Assembly: GCA_964016885.1 (NCBI GenBank)
Contig: OZ024749.1
Span: forward strand, 47,244,001-47,308,000
Origin: Eledone cirrhosa
Lineage: Eukaryota
DNA length: 64,000 nucleotides
Direction: 5' to 3'
Shown here: positions 12,646 to 28,875 of the stretch, piece by piece
How the letters are laid out: the number at the start of each line of letters is the position of its first letter
How positions within the stretch are numbered: position 1 is the first letter of the stretch
Program-made: the position numbers and the translations under genes
Notes under the pieces: model-generated
The model's input: the letters and a program-made list of their open reading frames with translations, nothing else
Told to the model about the DNA's origin: nothing
Databases searched by the model: none

Positions 12646-13008
12646 ACAGGTTATTGTTTTAGGTAATGCAGTCAGAGGCTGTGAGTCCTCTCTACTATGC
12701 ATAGTTTTAACGTACGGCGTTGTTTGAGTCAACAATAGGTTTCCTTAGTTAGATAGCGTGTTTGAGAGAATTCCCATGCAGGTAATTCTTGGAGAAATAG
12801 TAGTCAAAGATTGAGGAATAACATGGTCGACTGTACACAAATCATTCCGATGATTTGATCAGAGAGACACACTGCATTTAAGGTCGAGTGACGCAATTTC
12901 TAGCGATTATCGGCCTTTAAACTCACCTGATCAATGAAACAATTGTTAATACGGTAAATAAAACCATTTTTGTAGAGCCGACCATGCTATTCTATTCTTT
13001 TCACTACT
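12646..13008. mobile_element. PLE pLTR-derived insert with diverged inverted arm, in (TA)n
   Basis: About 12797-12842 is an imperfect reverse complement of 12966-13010; contains the HHR at 12844-12950. Confidence 0.7.
12844..12950 (+). ncRNA. Hammerhead motif with 82-nt stem II domain
   Basis: ATT CCGATGA T TTGATCAG..CTGATCAA T GAAA CAATTG T T AAT; palindromic stem III ACAATTGT; AATAAA at 12957. Confidence 0.7.
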
Positions 13009-13022
13009 ATATATATATATAT

Positions 13023-13274
13023 AAGGACACAGGATAAAATCGAAAATGCAGCTGGAGTCTCTTTTTTTCATTTAAAGATATATTTATTTGGTTCCTTTAC
13101 CGTCTTCATAGTTATTCTGCTTTTCAAAAGTAGTATTGAGATGGAGGGTTTGTGGTTTTCCTCACCTTTTTAGATGTGGTAAAAACCACAAAGACTCCAG
13201 TTGCATTTTCGATTTCCTCTACTTTCCTTAAACTCTCACTCGTGTGCGACAACTCGTTTGTTTTTATCTTGTAA
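13023..13274. mobile_element. Short TA-flanked insert with 24-bp inverted repeat
   Basis: AAATCGAAAATGCAGCTGGAGTCT versus AGACTCCAGTTGCATTTTCGATTT; internal hairpin TTTGTGGTTTT..AAAACCACAAA; degraded TGAAGACGGT..ACC on minus strand. Confidence 0.55.
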
Positions 13275-14531
13275 ATATATATATATATATATATAGATAT
13301 ATATATATATTATATTACTAACATCTGCTGCATATACGTATAATACAATTATACAAAATATTCATTTCAGAGTTTAAATTATATATGTTTTCATGTTGGC
13401 GCGAACGCATGTGTTCCATTCAGGAATTCCGCAACATTTTAAAGATTTACTACATAGTTATGATCAACATAATTTCATTTAGGAAATGAATAGTAAACGT
13501 GGGAATAGTAAACACTGTGATCAAGAAGATCTAAATACTGTCACTGAAAATTCTCTTATGACAATTACAAACTTTTCAAGCAGGCTTTTTGTTATGTGTG
13601 TTTTCACTTTGTTGCATCCTGCTAAGTTTCAAATTACACTGAATCATTCACTTAAAACGTTACGATTCTCATAGCGCTCTTACATGAGAGAACTCATAGT
13701 TTGATGTTATCTTCATAAAACTTTACCAATTGATTTTCATGAAACTTTACGAGTTTTATATCTATGTAGGCTACGGTATTAAGTACGTTTTGCCATAAGG
13801 TGTTTCTAAGCAATTCCAATCTGAATAAAATAAGAGCTATGTGTTGATAACAGTAGGAAGTGGAGATTAGTTTGTCTAAGTTGGCATGATATGTGAGTAA
13901 TTTTTGAAAACAGATTTCCAAATACAATCTATTAAAAAATTAATGATGTGCGGTTTTAAATGGAAGGTGTTATTATTGATGACAATGGGGTGTAAGCCAT
14001 ACATCCGTCTACGTCACGCTGGTATAAACATATATTACATGTTTCATTGTCAACTAAGATGCAGAAGTAATTAATGCCTGTGGGAGATAGTAAATGAAAC
14101 TTATGTATATTATCGAGGAAAAATACACATACGGTGACATAAAGAATTGAATGCCACAAAGTGGGTTTCGAGTAGTCTAACATTTTGCATATGTAATACA
14201 ACAGAGAACAAATAATTAAAATAAACGATGTCTATGTCGTATATTCGAAAGTTGCACGTCATGGCAACATATAATATTACACGAAGAATTAAAATGAAAA
14301 TAAAACGTGCGTATATACAAAATGTGTAAGCACAATAGAAGCATAACAGAACAGGGCTAGGCATAGAGTAAAACAAACCAATGCATACCATGTGTATTCC
14401 AATTTGCATATGAACTTTATAGTTAATTTAATTTTTACACGAATGGAAAATAAACTAGTCCTTCATTACATCGAACTTATGAATATGTGAACAAAAAAAA
14501 CAATATATATATAAATGGTTTTTCGTTTTAT

Positions 14532-14596
14532 AGAGTTACGGCAAGGGCTGTAACTCTATGATTCAAAGCATGGTGTCCGACCCTCTACCGATACTG
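14532..14596 (-). mobile_element. SINE 5' fragment
   Basis: GTCCGACCCTCTACCGATACTG match. Confidence 0.75.
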
Positions 14597-15198
14597 TAGC
14601 TCATAATGATACATTCCTGGCGATGTAATATACGTAAAGCAAAAACGGGTGTAACCTGTGTAAGACTTTACTGGATATGTGCACTATAATAGAATTTCAT
14701 ATATAATATAAGTGCTAGAAATTATTTTACTGCCATATTAATACGAGCATATTACATTAGATTACATTTTACTTGCAACGAGACAAATGCATTTGTTCTA
14801 AGTTAGATTTGATAACCGCAAAGTGATACCAATTTTATAGTGTAAAATACGTGATCAGAACCATGAAATAGTGTACATAACTACACTATAATGGATGTTT
14901 GATAAAATCTATGCTTCCACGTTATGGTTATTATAATATGTTTCACGATTATATTCAGTTCAGAACTAAAATATTTACATTACAAACACGCAGCACATTA
15001 ATAATGCTTAATCAGCTTTCGATTACAATAATAATTTAAGATAACTAGGTACATTCATCCAAAGTAAGATGCAATAATCTATATATATTAAATTCAGACT
15101 GGTATAAATGTATTTCTTTTCTAATGTCCTCCACACGTACATGCAGTTGTCTATATTATCTCTTATCCTCACCCTTCTTACATATATGTAAATAAATA

Positions 15199-15319
<121 letters not shown>

Positions 15320-15630
15320 GTGTAACACATAAATATTTTGTTCATTCATATATATATATATATATATATACTTGGCGGATATGTGTATATATTTGTGTGA
15401 ATATGTATGTTGCTGTGTATTTGTGTGTGTTTGTGTAAATAAGAACATTAATTGCCATAACATAAATGTATGTATAACGAATATTAAACTAAAACCGTCA
15501 CGAATGCAAACAAACGTGATCATTACACCATCAGTGGAACACGAAATCTAGATCAATCATTTAAGTGTTAAACAATGTATCTCCAATATTTATGACAAGG
15601 AGGGAACACGGGTGTTTCATCACAATAATA

Positions 15631-15800
15631 ATAATTTCTACTATTTGGAGAATCCAGCAATTATGGCGGAGGGTAAAGTCGAATAAATCGACCGTATTTC
15701 ATTACTGATACTTTATTTATCAACCCCGTAATGATGAAAGGTGAAGCTATCCTCCGCCAGATTCGAATTCAGAACATAAATGGTCATAACTCTAAGCTAC
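15631..15800 (-). mobile_element. SINE, older subfamily
   Basis: TTTATCAACCCCGTAATGATGAAAGGTGAAG..ATTCGAATTCAGAAC. Confidence 0.75.
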
Positions 15801-15844
15801 AAATCAAGAGTTCTGAATAATAATATTAATTATAATCCGGACAA

Positions 15845-16035
15845 ATTGTACAGAGAAAACCAGAGGCTAGACCTCGAAAAGATGGTTGGATTACATCCAC
15901 TTTCTTGTCTAGTCTCGATTGGGGCTCCAGCTAGATCTGTTGGAGACACTTATTTCTGAGAGCACGCAGTGGAATGAGTGTTTTAGGACCCTTGTTCCGC
16001 GATATTCTCAGGAATAAGTGAGCTAATAATAATAA
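15845..16035 (+). mobile_element. RTE-clade (Rex3/Expander-like) LINE 3' end, decayed
   Basis: Translates with a frameshift to ARPRK/RWLDYIHFLV*SRLG..W..RTLVPR, similar to the RTE C-terminal GRPR.RW.DY...W.RLG motif; followed by a (TAA)n tail. Confidence 0.7.
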
Positions 16036-16404
16036 GAAGAAGATTAATGGCAATAAGGATAATGATGATGAAGATGAGGATGATGATGATGATGACATTG
16101 AAACTGGCTACAAGTGAACTTGGTATTTTATAAAGAAAAAATAACTTCACAAATTATCTGAGGTGTCAAAGAGGCACATGTACGTCTGTACACCCACTAG
16201 AGCGGCATTCTATCAAGATGGATGCTTGGACCATGCCCCGATAACATTTCCTTAGATCGACGCGGCATTTTACATGTATATAACTTTGGAGAGGAGAGAA
16301 ACATTTGTTGAATATTTAGCAGAAGATGCCTATATTAGAATATTGCAGCCTAACTAGACTTACTCCCACTCCGTTTACTGTTACATTTTTCTTTGCCTAT
16401 AGTT

Positions 16405-16642
<238 letters not shown>

Positions 16643-17435
16643 CCCTATATATATATATATATATATATAAAATGCATAAGCTTAGGGGGATTGTTTAAAT
16701 CAAATTGATTAACAATAAATATTTCCTGGATGCGTGCATCTATACTCATTTCATTAAAATTGTTCCTCTCCTACAGAGATATATATTACAATGTATCACA
16801 AACAGCTACATAGAATGCGTTGGAGAACTACTAACTATAATGTGTATTTCAAAATTTATGTCACTCTTCCCTAATTTGTTTTCAGTCATTGTTATAGACA
16901 AGAGAATATATTCAATTCCAAATACAATAGAATATCTCGAAGGCAAATTTCTGCTGTAAAATCTGTGGTTGTCATATTAATCCGGTTACAGTCTATTCAT
17001 CAATATATAAGGCTCTGAAATAAATGAACGTGAACGCTGTGAGGAAGTAAATTGTGGACAACTTGCACGCAGTAAAGAGACACTACTGTTACTATGATAT
17101 GGTACAATGTAAATGAAATATGTGTATTTACACTTATTGCATCATATCGTTTATACATAGACACATACACACATGCAACCCCCCATGTTTATATATATAT
17201 ATATATATATAAAATAATTAATCAAATATGTAAAATGTGGCTTCGTTCATTATAAATTATAGATATACTGCTATATATATTTCGGTGACAGTCATCATTC
17301 GCTATAACCTCTTCAGGCAGTCCGAATTGGTGTGGGAAAGACAGGTACACATGTTGCTGAAGTGTGTTTTACTCTGTCAATACATCGATATGCCCAGCTC
17401 CTGGTTGTGTTGTTATTTCTCTGAGGAACTGGAAT

Positions 17436-17477
<42 letters not shown>

Positions 17478-17810
17478 CCACCACGGTAGATTTCCTGTGA
17501 TGTATTACATTGTTTCTAAAGTGTGTAAACATTGGCACATATTCAAAGAATATAAATAACGTGTCAACGTTCTTCCCCAATACGATGAATATATATATAT
17601 ATATATACATATCATTACGTTACATATATTCGTATTTTGTTTCGCCCTTATCTTTCTCCTATCTGTGGGCATTAAAACCCCGGACGACTCTATGCACAGT
17701 ATGTTATAATAACATAAACATTAATTCTTATTATCTTTGTACTTCACATTCCTTTGAACTGATTTCGCGAGATAAGTGGTTACATTCAAGTGTGCATTAT
17801 TTAATTGTAT

Positions 17811-17995
17811 GGCGGTGGATTGGCAGTATCGGTAGAGGGTCGGACGCCATGCTTTCCAGCATACTTACGTCCCTTTACGATCTGAGTTCAAATCCCCCGG
17901 AGGTTGACTTTTCCTTTCATCCTTACGGCGTCGATAAAATAAAGTACCAGTAATGCACTGGGTATTTGCTGACCTTGTGCCAAAAGTAGAAACAA
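17811..17995 (+). mobile_element. SINE (same family)
   Basis: Full-length; TSD ATTATTTAATTGTATG. Confidence 0.95.
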
Positions 17996-19351
17996 TTATT
18001 TAATTGTATGACATATTTTACGTTATATTCGCTTATCTGTCTAATTTATTTGATCTCAGGCGTTTATTGTAATTGAAGTGCATCTATAATTAAATTCAAT
18101 GTCATTTATGTATTTAGACAGGTGCGGTAAGGAAAAACCTATGGAACATAGGAAACAATAAAATCTTGATATAATTCATATGAAAATAATTTCTGAGAAA
18201 TTATTTTATTTAAATTTACGTATCTACTTCATTGCTCGTCGCAGACTATTGACATATTATGCGAATTTATATTCCTTCGGTTCAAATGACCTTCGATTTA
18301 CACTGTTATTGTTTTCAAATTGAGTTTTTCTTTCAAATTACCCAAGGGATGTGGGGCCCTATTTTCATTGCAATCGAGTCAATAATGTGAATTTTAAGTT
18401 TCGAATTATCTTTCATGATAGAGATGTGCAAACAGCGTCAGAATTTAGAGTAGGTACATCAATAAGAGAAGGAATTATAACAATCAATATAAGCAACACA
18501 CTATATATAAATACCTTCTGAAATTCCCTTTCCTGAAGACATGGTGATAAAGAATTGAAAACTGATTATCAATCATAGTGACGTCGTTGTTTTAAAAGCA
18601 TCTTAACTTTCAATGAAAACCTCTGTTACATATTTGATTAACTAATCAAAAACTTTATCTATTGTCCTAGAATATGTAAAGCAATGTCATACGTTAGAAG
18701 TATAACATTTCTATGAATAACGTTTACAATAGTCTCTTGTATGAATCGTACAATTCGAGATAGAGGAAATCGATAATTTCTGAATTGACTCTCCGTGTCA
18801 AAGTTCAATTAAATGTCACAATTCATTAATCAAATCTCACGTGGAGAGACATTTTCATTCAGATTTATAGCTTATAAATATCCCATAAATTAAAATTAAA
18901 ATGATTGTCCACTAGATACGTTTGTTCAATATATAATGCCTGTCATGCTTATGAATAACAAAAAAATAGAAAAACTAGAATCGGTGAGAATATGGTCAGT
19001 TGTTCAAGCTAATTAATGTACGAATTTCACTATTTTCACCTGACTAAAGCGAAGAAAATATAATAATATTATTAAATATTATGTGGTATCTGATAAATGA
19101 CATTTATATCTAGCTACATTATGTACGCGCTACCTAAATGATTTCATTTAGAATAAGTATGGATATTTATGTTCATCAAAATGTCAGATATTCAATGATC
19201 GTAATATTGTTAAGCAGATACACTGATCATATGATGATGCAATACACTTGCCTGCGTGTACATTCAATGCAAACGGAAGGTAAAATAAACCACGCGGTTA
19301 CGTTACTCATTCTTTCTCTCCATCTATATATATATATATATATATATATAT

Positions 19352-19450
<99 letters not shown>

Positions 19451-19452
19451 TG

Positions 19453-19588
19453 TTATAATTTGGGCGGGTTATGTTGCCAATAAGAAACACACGCCCCAGT
19501 GCTTTCACTTCAATTTATTATAATAAATTGAAGTGAAAACATGTGGTGCGTGTTTTTCTTATTGGCAACATGACCCTCCCAAAGTATA
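19453..19588. mobile_element. Family B palindromic fragment
   Basis: Perfect 18-bp arms centred at 19520/19521 (TTTCACTTCAATTTATTA|TAATAAATTGAAGTGAAA) inside imperfect ~68-bp arms. Confidence 0.8.
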
Positions 19589-19777
19589 AAACTATCGGTT
19601 TCAACACACGTTTTCAGATAAAGAATCTTGCTGAACAAATTCAGAAACGAAATATATATATATGTATATAGCGTAAAGAAGTGTGGACTTTATGAGACAT
19701 TCTGTATACATCAAGTTATATATAGAAAATGATAATAAACCAGGGGTTTGGAAATCTCATCAGGTATATATAGAAAT

Positions 19778-19962
19778 AATTGTTTCTACTTTAGGCGCAA
19801 GGCCACCAAATACCCAGTGCATTACTGGTACTTTATTTTATCGACCCCGTAAGGATGAAAGGCAAAGTCAACCTCGGCGGGATTTGAACTCAGATCGTAA
19901 AGGGGCGTAACTATGCTAGAAAGCATGGCGTCCGACCTTCTACCAATACTGCCAATCCACCG
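19778..19962 (-). mobile_element. SINE (same family)
   Basis: Full-length; TSD GGTATATATAGAAATAATT. Confidence 0.95.
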
Positions 19963-19976
19963 GTATATATAGAAAT

Positions 19977-20124
19977 AATTATTTCTACTTTAGGCACAAG
20001 GCCAGCAATTACACAGTGCATTACTGGTACTTTATTTTATCGACCCCGTAAGGATGAAAGGCAAAGTCAACCTCGCCGGGATTTGAACTCAGATCGTAAA
20101 GGGACGTAACGATACTGCCAATCC
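19977..20124 (-). mobile_element. SINE with internal deletion, tandem with previous copy
   Basis: Consensus match; GGGACGTAAC joins directly to GATACTGCCAATCC; TSD AGAAATAAT. Confidence 0.92.
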
Positions 20125-22476
20125 AGAAATAATGATCTTCAAATGTATGTGATCAAAGCTTGCTTTCTACGTTTTAAGATTTTCAAAACATTTCCAATTA
20201 AGTTTAATTGCCTGTTCCCTAAGATACTTACTGCTATTATATATATATATATTTGTTCGTTTTCGCTTCTGTATCATTTACATCTCCATACTTAATTTAA
20301 TTACGCATATGTGGGTTTTTTGTACGTACTTATATGTGCTTTTGATTGGTTCAACACCTTGTATGAAATATGTTTTCAAAAGCGTAAGCATAATGGCCGG
20401 AGGCCAGCGGTAGAGTTCGTTATTTATCTGTGAACAGCTGCAGAATCATGAACTAAGCGTTTTTCAGGAATCCAGATTAATATTATTTACTGAACTATCA
20501 ACGGTTTAGAATTGTATTCCAATTGAAGTTAGAATTCGATGTAGATTCATTCCAATTATTTAATTTATATGTAATAACACATGTGAGTGTAACGTATGAA
20601 ATAAACATGATAAACGTGTAAGGTTTCTGCGAGAGATTTGTGTGTGAGTAACATAGGCCTTGTATTTTTCGTGAAAGTGGGTGGGATGATTGTAGTTTAA
20701 TTTAAAACTGTATATGTATTAAGTAATTAGATTTAGTTAATCATATTAAACAATTTATATATAAAATGTAATCGCGTAAATCAGGGGGGGAAAAGGATAC
20801 ACGCTGTGCCATATTCTATATTAGTTCATTAAAACAATATTTTCTATTTGCAAAATATGTTATATACATATAAATTGCCATATTCACTAACATTGAAAAT
20901 AGTGGTGACCTAAATTTTATTTGATTATGGAAAATTAATTATAACTCATCTGTAATGTTTGCACACTGTATGGCAACTGGTGTCTTCTATTGTTATTTAC
21001 GACAGTAATAACAGGCGGATAATTAGACAAGTTGTCATCATTTCAATAATTATAATTATCTAATATTATTTTGAAAAATATGATTATATTTAATTCAGTT
21101 GTCAATTTTGTTTTCTATTATTTTCTCATATTTTCTTATTAATAGTAGTATTTCATTCATTTTATTCAAACTGAATGTTTTGGAAGAATCGTTATTGTTG
21201 CAATCTGCCTTCAGTACGTTATATTCATGATTTGAGTTCAAACAAATTGGATACTAAATGTCATTTCCGTCAAGCTATTCATATTTCTTTTTTAATATAG
21301 AAGCATTGGTTTGAGCGATATGGTATATATTTCAGTATAATTCGCAGTCGAATCTCCAGAGTAATAAGATTCAGGACTCACTCTTTAGCCTTTACAAATT
21401 GAACCCTTACCTCGGTACTGTCTGTGTGTCTTTTCTTCCTTTTGTGCGTGTTTTTTTATGTGTGTGTTTTTTTTATTTTCTTTATGCGTGTGCACATAGC
21501 GTCTTGTATACAACAAATGATTTTACTTTCAATATTCTAAACGCAGGATGAATGTCCGTATGAATTCATATTCGTTGTTTATGCGCTCAAATATTAAGTT
21601 CACTTGCAATTAATTACGCTGACGTCGCACATACGCTTACATACATTCCACGTGTGTTTGTGTGGGTGTGTCTATTCGCCCTCCCCATATTGAGAATAAG
21701 TGTGTTTGTCCTAGTATGGTGCTGTATTATTGCTGTATTATTGTTGCTGTATATTTGTTTTTCTGTTCACATATATATGAATTTCCTGTCATTATGGTGT
21801 ATATTTTCTGTTTAAAAAATACAATTCTTAAGTGCTTTCCTAAAATTGTTGTATTGTAACTAATGGAATATATAATTTCATTTACATAACAAACAATGCT
21901 TTCTATGTTTTAACGGAACAAAATATATTTTTCGATGTGATAATACATTTTTTTACGTTAAGAATTTCCACCTTATCTATTTGTATTTATATGTTCTCTT
22001 TGCTTTCGAAGAACATACGAAGAGATATAATTTAAAAGTATTTCAATTGTTTCTAGAAATATGATGGTCAATATCATTTATAGAGAATGATGAAGAATTA
22101 TAAATTTAATTTCAAGAAATATAATGCATGGATACGAAAGATGAGTTGCTTGAATGATTAATGGAATAAATTAAATAGATTTGTATCTATGTATTTAAAT
22201 ATCAGTTGTGTGTTGCATATTATATTTATCCTTTTATAAGTGACAACATTGAATGAGCTACTGCATCGTCTTTATTCTTTAAGTTTTAATTCATAGCAAC
22301 ATGAAGGGATAATCCAATGCAGGGCCTTGCTCAGAAAATATGAATGGAATTCAATAAGAATATTTCTCCTAATTATACATTTTCAAAAATTGAAATAATT
22401 CGCAAAAATAGTTATAAACAATGACTACAGACCACGCGGTGTTCCCTAAGTCAGCTGTGTCTCTCTATTATTATTA

Positions 22477-22660
22477 GGTGAATTGGCAGTATTGATAGAG
22501 GGTCAGGCATGCTTTCGAGCGTAGTTACGTCCCTTTACGATCTGAGTTTAAATCACCACGAGGTTAAATTTGCATTTCATCCTTGCGGGGTCGATAAAAT
22601 AAAGTACCAGTAATGTAATGGATAATTGCTGGCCTTGTGCGAAGAGTAGAAACAATTATT
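22477..22660 (+). mobile_element. SINE (same family)
   Basis: Moderately diverged full-length copy. Confidence 0.9.
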
Positions 22661-24584
22661 AGCACTTTCTTTCATCTCCTATTCGTCTTATATGTGGCAT
22701 ACACATAGATGAAATCGAACACAAATCTGGTATTGCAAAGCATTTTGAACAATAAAACAGGACAGCATCAACATTGTTGTATATGGTGTGAGCAAGTGTG
22801 GATGAAATTGTCTGTTATTTGTATGAAACGGTTATAGTCCTGTGGAATTAATATATAGATATATCTCAGAACATTTTAGATTTAAGGATATAGATACTAA
22901 TGGTGGTGCGGTCACATTTGCCAAGTATATATATTATCAATTTTCAACTCAGAGCATTTAACATGATTTTCTAATGCGTAAGCTCGAATTATCCCCAAAT
23001 ATATTTATATTGCGTGCGATAGGTTGTCCTGCTTAACTTCTTTTCCCTACGTATGAAGTTAATCTTCATCTGTGATCACCAGCTTCTCCTATCTGCAGTC
23101 TTGGTCAAGTAAGATCACTGACACATTCTTAAGGCAAGATATGGTTCTCTTTCTCTTTTTTCTCCCTTTTCACACACAGAAAAAACAACTTAATCGGGTC
23201 TCTACTTCTTTCTTTCTCTCCCAGGATATACTATATTATGTCATATAAAGGCTCGTGTGGATATAACCACGGCGTTTTAGTTTCCATACGCGTACATATA
23301 TTGAGTAAATGCATCGCAGTGAATTCCCATTCTGACGTCCCAAGATTGCACCGGCTGAATTATATTACGAAACGCATATAATTATAAATACAAGACTAGC
23401 TGTTTATTTGGTTGAAGTGTTGCCTTATTCCCACCGCTATAGTTGTGTATAGGATATTTTTGTATCACATCAGAATTTTCTTCATTCACACAAGTCCTGC
23501 TTGTCTGCACGTCAGTTGACATTTTATATTTTCACACATCTACGTAAAACACAGTAGAGAACGTATACACACCTTTCAATGTTCCACTTAAGTTGTTAAT
23601 AATATCATTTACACCAACATAATGAATTCTCGATATCGCGTAAATTTATCTAGTCAACCAAAGAAATGATAAAATGAGATGATTGCTTTCAAATATTTGC
23701 ATTTTATATTGAAATGTTTTCTGCCTTCTTTTTTTTATTATTTTCTTGTTCATACTGAAGTATTTAACGAATGCGATAAATTTACATATATCGTTTTTGC
23801 ACTTAATTTAGTTCACTTCATCGGGTAATCAATCATAGCTAACCATTAAAGGATTTATATATAAAGAATAAATAAACAAAATAAATGAATTTATTTGCCT
23901 GCCATTTAAAAGGATGTCAATAATGTTTTACCAGGAGTGGTATTAATGCTGGGAGTGTGAACGTTATTCCGATCATTTTGTATTATGTTTATTTCAGTTT
24001 AATTGAGGTGTTTTCTTGCGGTGTATTGTTTGTGTTCTCAGTGACGTTGAAGTGTTTTATTATTATCCTCATTTTATTGATATATTTATATATATATTTT
24101 TTCTTGTTTTAGTTTTTCTTACTGCTGAGGCTGGTATTTATATTTGTTATTCTGACAAAATGGGCTTCTAAAAATAATTCTATCAAGTATTGTAGTATTG
24201 TAGATAAATGTGTTTTTTTCTTTTGCATTAGATAATGAATTTTTTGTCTGTGTGTGCGTGTGTGTGGTTGGTATGATGAACGATCTGTTTAATTATCTGT
24301 ATTTTATTAGTTTCATTTGCTTAATTGTATGGCATGGATTACATCATTTCACCGTGTGATGAACTTTCCATTGTCCTGCGTGTTATTAAGTAATCATTAA
24401 TCCAAATATTGATACTTCTGCCTTTATATATTAGAAGGTATAACCATTATAACCCATGAAATAATACATAATTAACACTATAACTTATATATAAATAATA
24501 GCTAGAAATATTTTGATTTTTTGGGATAAAAACGTCTCTCACTTTCTCTCCCTCTCACACACTCTCTCTCTCTCTCGCTCTCTT

Positions 24585-24637
<53 letters not shown>

Positions 24638-24639
24638 GT

Positions 24640-24687
<48 letters not shown>

Positions 24688-25501
24688 TAAAGTTAGTCCT
24701 TCATCAGTGATCTTCCAAGTTTCATTGGTATTTCATCGCTTTAAAGACCACATACCTCCGGTTGGTGCGAGAAACGGCTAAAGAAAGTCGTTGGGACACG
24801 TAAGTAAGGGGAACGAGCGAGACTGTAAACAATCAAAGATGGTAATGCAACGAAAAGAGATAGAGAGAGGATAAGAGAGATTTGTGAATGTATTAGAAGC
24901 CATAAGCTTAACAGCGGATGCTCGATGTGCAATATGCAGAGGAAAGCAGTTGGAAAACTGGATTCGTGCGGCGGTTAGGTGTACAGAGCTGGAAGTAGTC
25001 AGTAGTTAAGCAATATTCAGTAGTTGAAACCCATCTCTATATAATAATATCATTTTCCTACAAGAAGACATCTTGTTATGCGATATGCAGCATTGTTTAC
25101 TTTCAGCATTGATAGATATGTAATGTTTGTTTAGAACATACACTTGAGTTGTCGAGTGTCAAGGCACCCCATCTAGGGAGCTGCTAATTTGAGGATTCTT
25201 TACAGACATGTAACCGTCTTATTTTATTTTTATTTCTACTTTATATGTATTAATAATTCCATTATCTCATCTCAAGTTCCGAGGATAAGCTGCATAATAT
25301 CATTTTATGTTACTTATCTTTCTGTGCACCAAATCAATAACGATCTTACCATCGATTGATCCAGATATATTATATGGAGTAGTGAAACAACTGTAAACTG
25401 ACATTCTTATCCTCTCTTTTTTATATTAAACTGCACTTAATGTTGATACTCTTTGACTAATGACTTCTATGTGAGTTTGTGCTCTTGATTTGCTTAATTA
25501 C

Positions 25502-25570
<69 letters not shown>

Positions 25571-25668
25571 TGGAGGTGAGTTTTATTGTAGTACAATAAA
25601 GCAATGATGGTATTTGTTCTTGAAATGCGCATAGTAAAATACATGGAATCTTTTAACCATCATTTGAT

Positions 25669-26961
<1,293 letters not shown>

Positions 26962-26962
26962 G

Positions 26963-26994
<32 letters not shown>

Positions 26995-27276
26995 CATAAT
27001 CTATGCAAAAGTCTGCCTCCGAATGAACACCAACTTTAGTTGACAAACACATCGGTAAAGTGTTTTGTAATGTTCATATTTGCAGAAAATAACACAATTT
27101 CCTGCGCAGAAAATTCACCTTGAAGCGTGCATGATAAATGATATTACCGAATCGCAAATTGCAAATTATAACACAAAGCTTATCAATGTAATATTATCTA
27201 TTGCTTCCTTTACGCATTTACGTAAGTGCAAACGATGCAGGTGATGTTTAATTTCAAGTCAGAAATGTGATCACAC

Positions 27277-27359
<83 letters not shown>

Positions 27360-27385
27360 TTATGAAAGTAAAACAATGTGTATAT

Positions 27386-27622
27386 ATTGTTATACTTTGG
27401 TACGGTCATGTTGCCAATAATAAACGCACGCACCATTGCTTCAGCCGAATTTATTATAAATTAATTTTATAAATTTCCGGTCGGTTCGTTGGTTCCGCAA
27501 CCGTACGGTTGTTCATATATTATCAACGTTCTTTCACCACACATCGTGTGACCTCTTCGGTGACTGGTGATTATTTTCTTTGTTTTGTGACTCTCCTTTC
27601 TTCTGTCCTACGCCATCTTGTT

Positions 27623-27628
<6 letters not shown>
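27386..27628 (-). mobile_element. Family B insert, longest copy, with degenerate HHR-like core
   Basis: Minus strand: CCGAAGA GGTC...GACC GGAAA TTTATAAA...AATAAA; TA-flanked; ends match the 12.3 kb and 19.5 kb copies. Confidence 0.65.
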
Positions 27629-27691
<63 letters not shown>

Positions 27692-28518
27692 GGGGCGAGT
27701 GTATGTATTTGTGTGTAAGTTTGCGTATGGGTGTGGGTGTGGGCGTGTGAATGTATGTGGGTGTGTGTGTCTGTGTGTGTGTGTGTATGTGACTTGTGTG
27801 TAAATGTACTTTCTCATATAAATGAGATTGATGGTTATCCCAATGGAATTTCATAGTTCGTTATTCGTTAAATTTAAAGATAAATATGAAATAAATAAAT
27901 GACTATGATCTTTTAATGATGTCCGTTTTTTTTTTTTTTTATTTAAAACCTGTAATTACTTTATTCATGTTCCAGTCGTCGTCTACACCGTCCTGATAAT
28001 TTCACCCATCATACACACGAAACTGTTTCCTTATTTCATTGTTTGACATCGTAGTTTCTGATCTCCTCCATGATTGTCATAATTATAATACCATCGAATG
28101 CCATTTCTTAAACCACATGATTATAATAAATACAAGTAAACATACACTGAGGCACGATTATATAAACATAGACAACCGGATATATTTATACAGATATTAA
28201 GTCGTTGCACGTTTCTGCATTGAACGATTATCTTCACGTCCCTTCATTGGAATTGGTCCTAGCTTTTATATTTAAATAAAATATATTACAGGGCACTCTT
28301 CACTACTGATAATATTCTCACGGAAAATATCGATTTCTCTTCGTATCATTTTTTTACCCATCATCTTTGTCTCATGCGTCATAGGACGCTGGACTGTCAT
28401 TGACATTGTAGAACTTTCTATTTGAATAATCTATGGTCTCACTATATTTACATCTGCTTACAAGATTTCTAAATTTAAGTATTTCTGCTTTAACTATTTA
28501 TGGCGTTGCAACACACGC

Positions 28519-28602
<84 letters not shown>

Positions 28603-28831
28603 AACGCACACATACATATATATATATGGGCGTGTGTGTGTCTATTTATATACGCAAAAAGATACATAGAATAATTCCAGACATTTACCCGGAGGTCAGT
28701 GTGACACAGCTACGATCACAATACGCAAAACATGCAACATATTAGTGTATATGTAGATATATGTAGTAACATAAATCATTGTGTATGTGTACACACAATC
28801 ACACACGGACACCCATACTCATACACACACC

Positions 28832-28875
<44 letters not shown>

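Noticed and set aside
23205-23310. Polypyrimidine-CAG acceptor as exon 2 of the 7.5 kb gene
   Set aside because: The phase-1 frame hits a stop before any good donor
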